From contig CAVPSJ010000004.1 in the NCBI GenBank assembly GCA_963708295.1, forward strand, positions 352,001 to 416,000: a DNA stretch of 64,000 bases. Direction: 5' to 3'. Source of the DNA: an uncultured delta proteobacterium (GTDB taxonomy: Bacteria; Desulfobacterota; BSN033; UBA1163). Position numbers and translations under genes: made by a program. The notes beneath the pieces were generated by a model, which saw nothing but the letters and a program-made list of their open reading frames with translations, had not been told where the DNA came from and did no database searches. Below, piece after piece: positions 63,555 to 64,000 of the stretch (position 1 is its first letter; each line of letters opens with the position of its first letter).

Positions 63555-64000
63555 TCATGGGCTTTGCTCCGAACTCCGAGTTCCTGACCCTTTGCTATTT
63601 TTTTCCTTATGATTGGAGGAAGGGGCCTTTTGGAATGGTCTCAGAGGCGTTCCGAGGAGGCGTTTGATGATCCCCCAGGTACTCTCTTCCACAATTTTAA
63701 AAGGGATGGCTTCAATCTTTGGATCATCCAGGTTTCCTTTCACCCGATAGAAATAAGAGATGAAACCCTTGTCTTCCCCCGTGATAATGTAGCCGGCAAT
63801 GGGAACGCTGCTTAGTATCGTATCAATCGTTACCAGAGGATGAACTCCTATCCTCAGATCAATTAAGTTTTTCCCCAGGTCGATTTTCCCGAGAAGCGTG
63901 ATTCTCATGGCGTCACTATCAACCAGAAAATCGTCTGTGGTGGCCACCCCGTCCATCACATGAAAATTTCCCAGGATCTGACGATAGGGAAGCCCCTTCG
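63555..64000 (-). CDS. AsmA-like/YhdP C-terminal domain protein, 5' part outside the window
   Basis: G...T.DF.VDS.AMRIT..GKIDL...PL.TID.ILS.VPIAG...VKGNLDDP pattern. Confidence 0.7.
   Translation of the reverse strand, partial: KGLPYRQILGNFHVMDGVATTDDFLVDSDAMRITLLGKIDLGKNLIDLRIGVHPLVTIDTILSSVPIAGYIITGEDKGFISYFYRVKGNLDDPKIEAIPFKIVEESTWGIIKRLLGTPLRPFQKAPSSNHKEKNSKGSGTRSSEQSP

Overview
This is a 64-kb chromosomal segment, almost entirely minus-strand. Gene content suggests an anaerobic Desulfobacterota (deltaproteobacterium-like) organism; this taxonomy is inferred. Many genes carry single-base frameshifts, most likely assembly indels. From left to right it holds: a Ste24-type M48 peptidase, a GlcD-type FAD oxidase, argH/argG, a decaheme cytochrome plus MtrB/PioB porin pair, and a metY-metX-metW operon extended by two radical SAM genes. 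That operon is preceded by an unannotated Met/Cys-rich leader peptide and a terminator. Next come a molybdopterin oxidoreductase, Sec-containing selD, htrA, cysK and a copper cluster (copA, cusCBA). An Rrf2-headed sulfur-carrier cysteine-synthesis cluster follows (cysO-moeB-rhodanese-mec-cysM), in which both MoeB and a signal-peptide-bearing rhodanese have in-frame UGA at the conserved Cys, each followed by a SECIS-like hairpin. The rest holds ftsEX-envC-ctpA-yibQ, housekeeping genes (FKBP, ybaK, bS22, panB/panE, Nramp plus MgtE-like), a GGDEF protein, and tandem nrdD-nrdJ under two NrdR boxes. The best leads are the double-selenoprotein sulfur relay, the Met/Cys attenuator with its radical SAM pair, and several repeated operator-like motifs.
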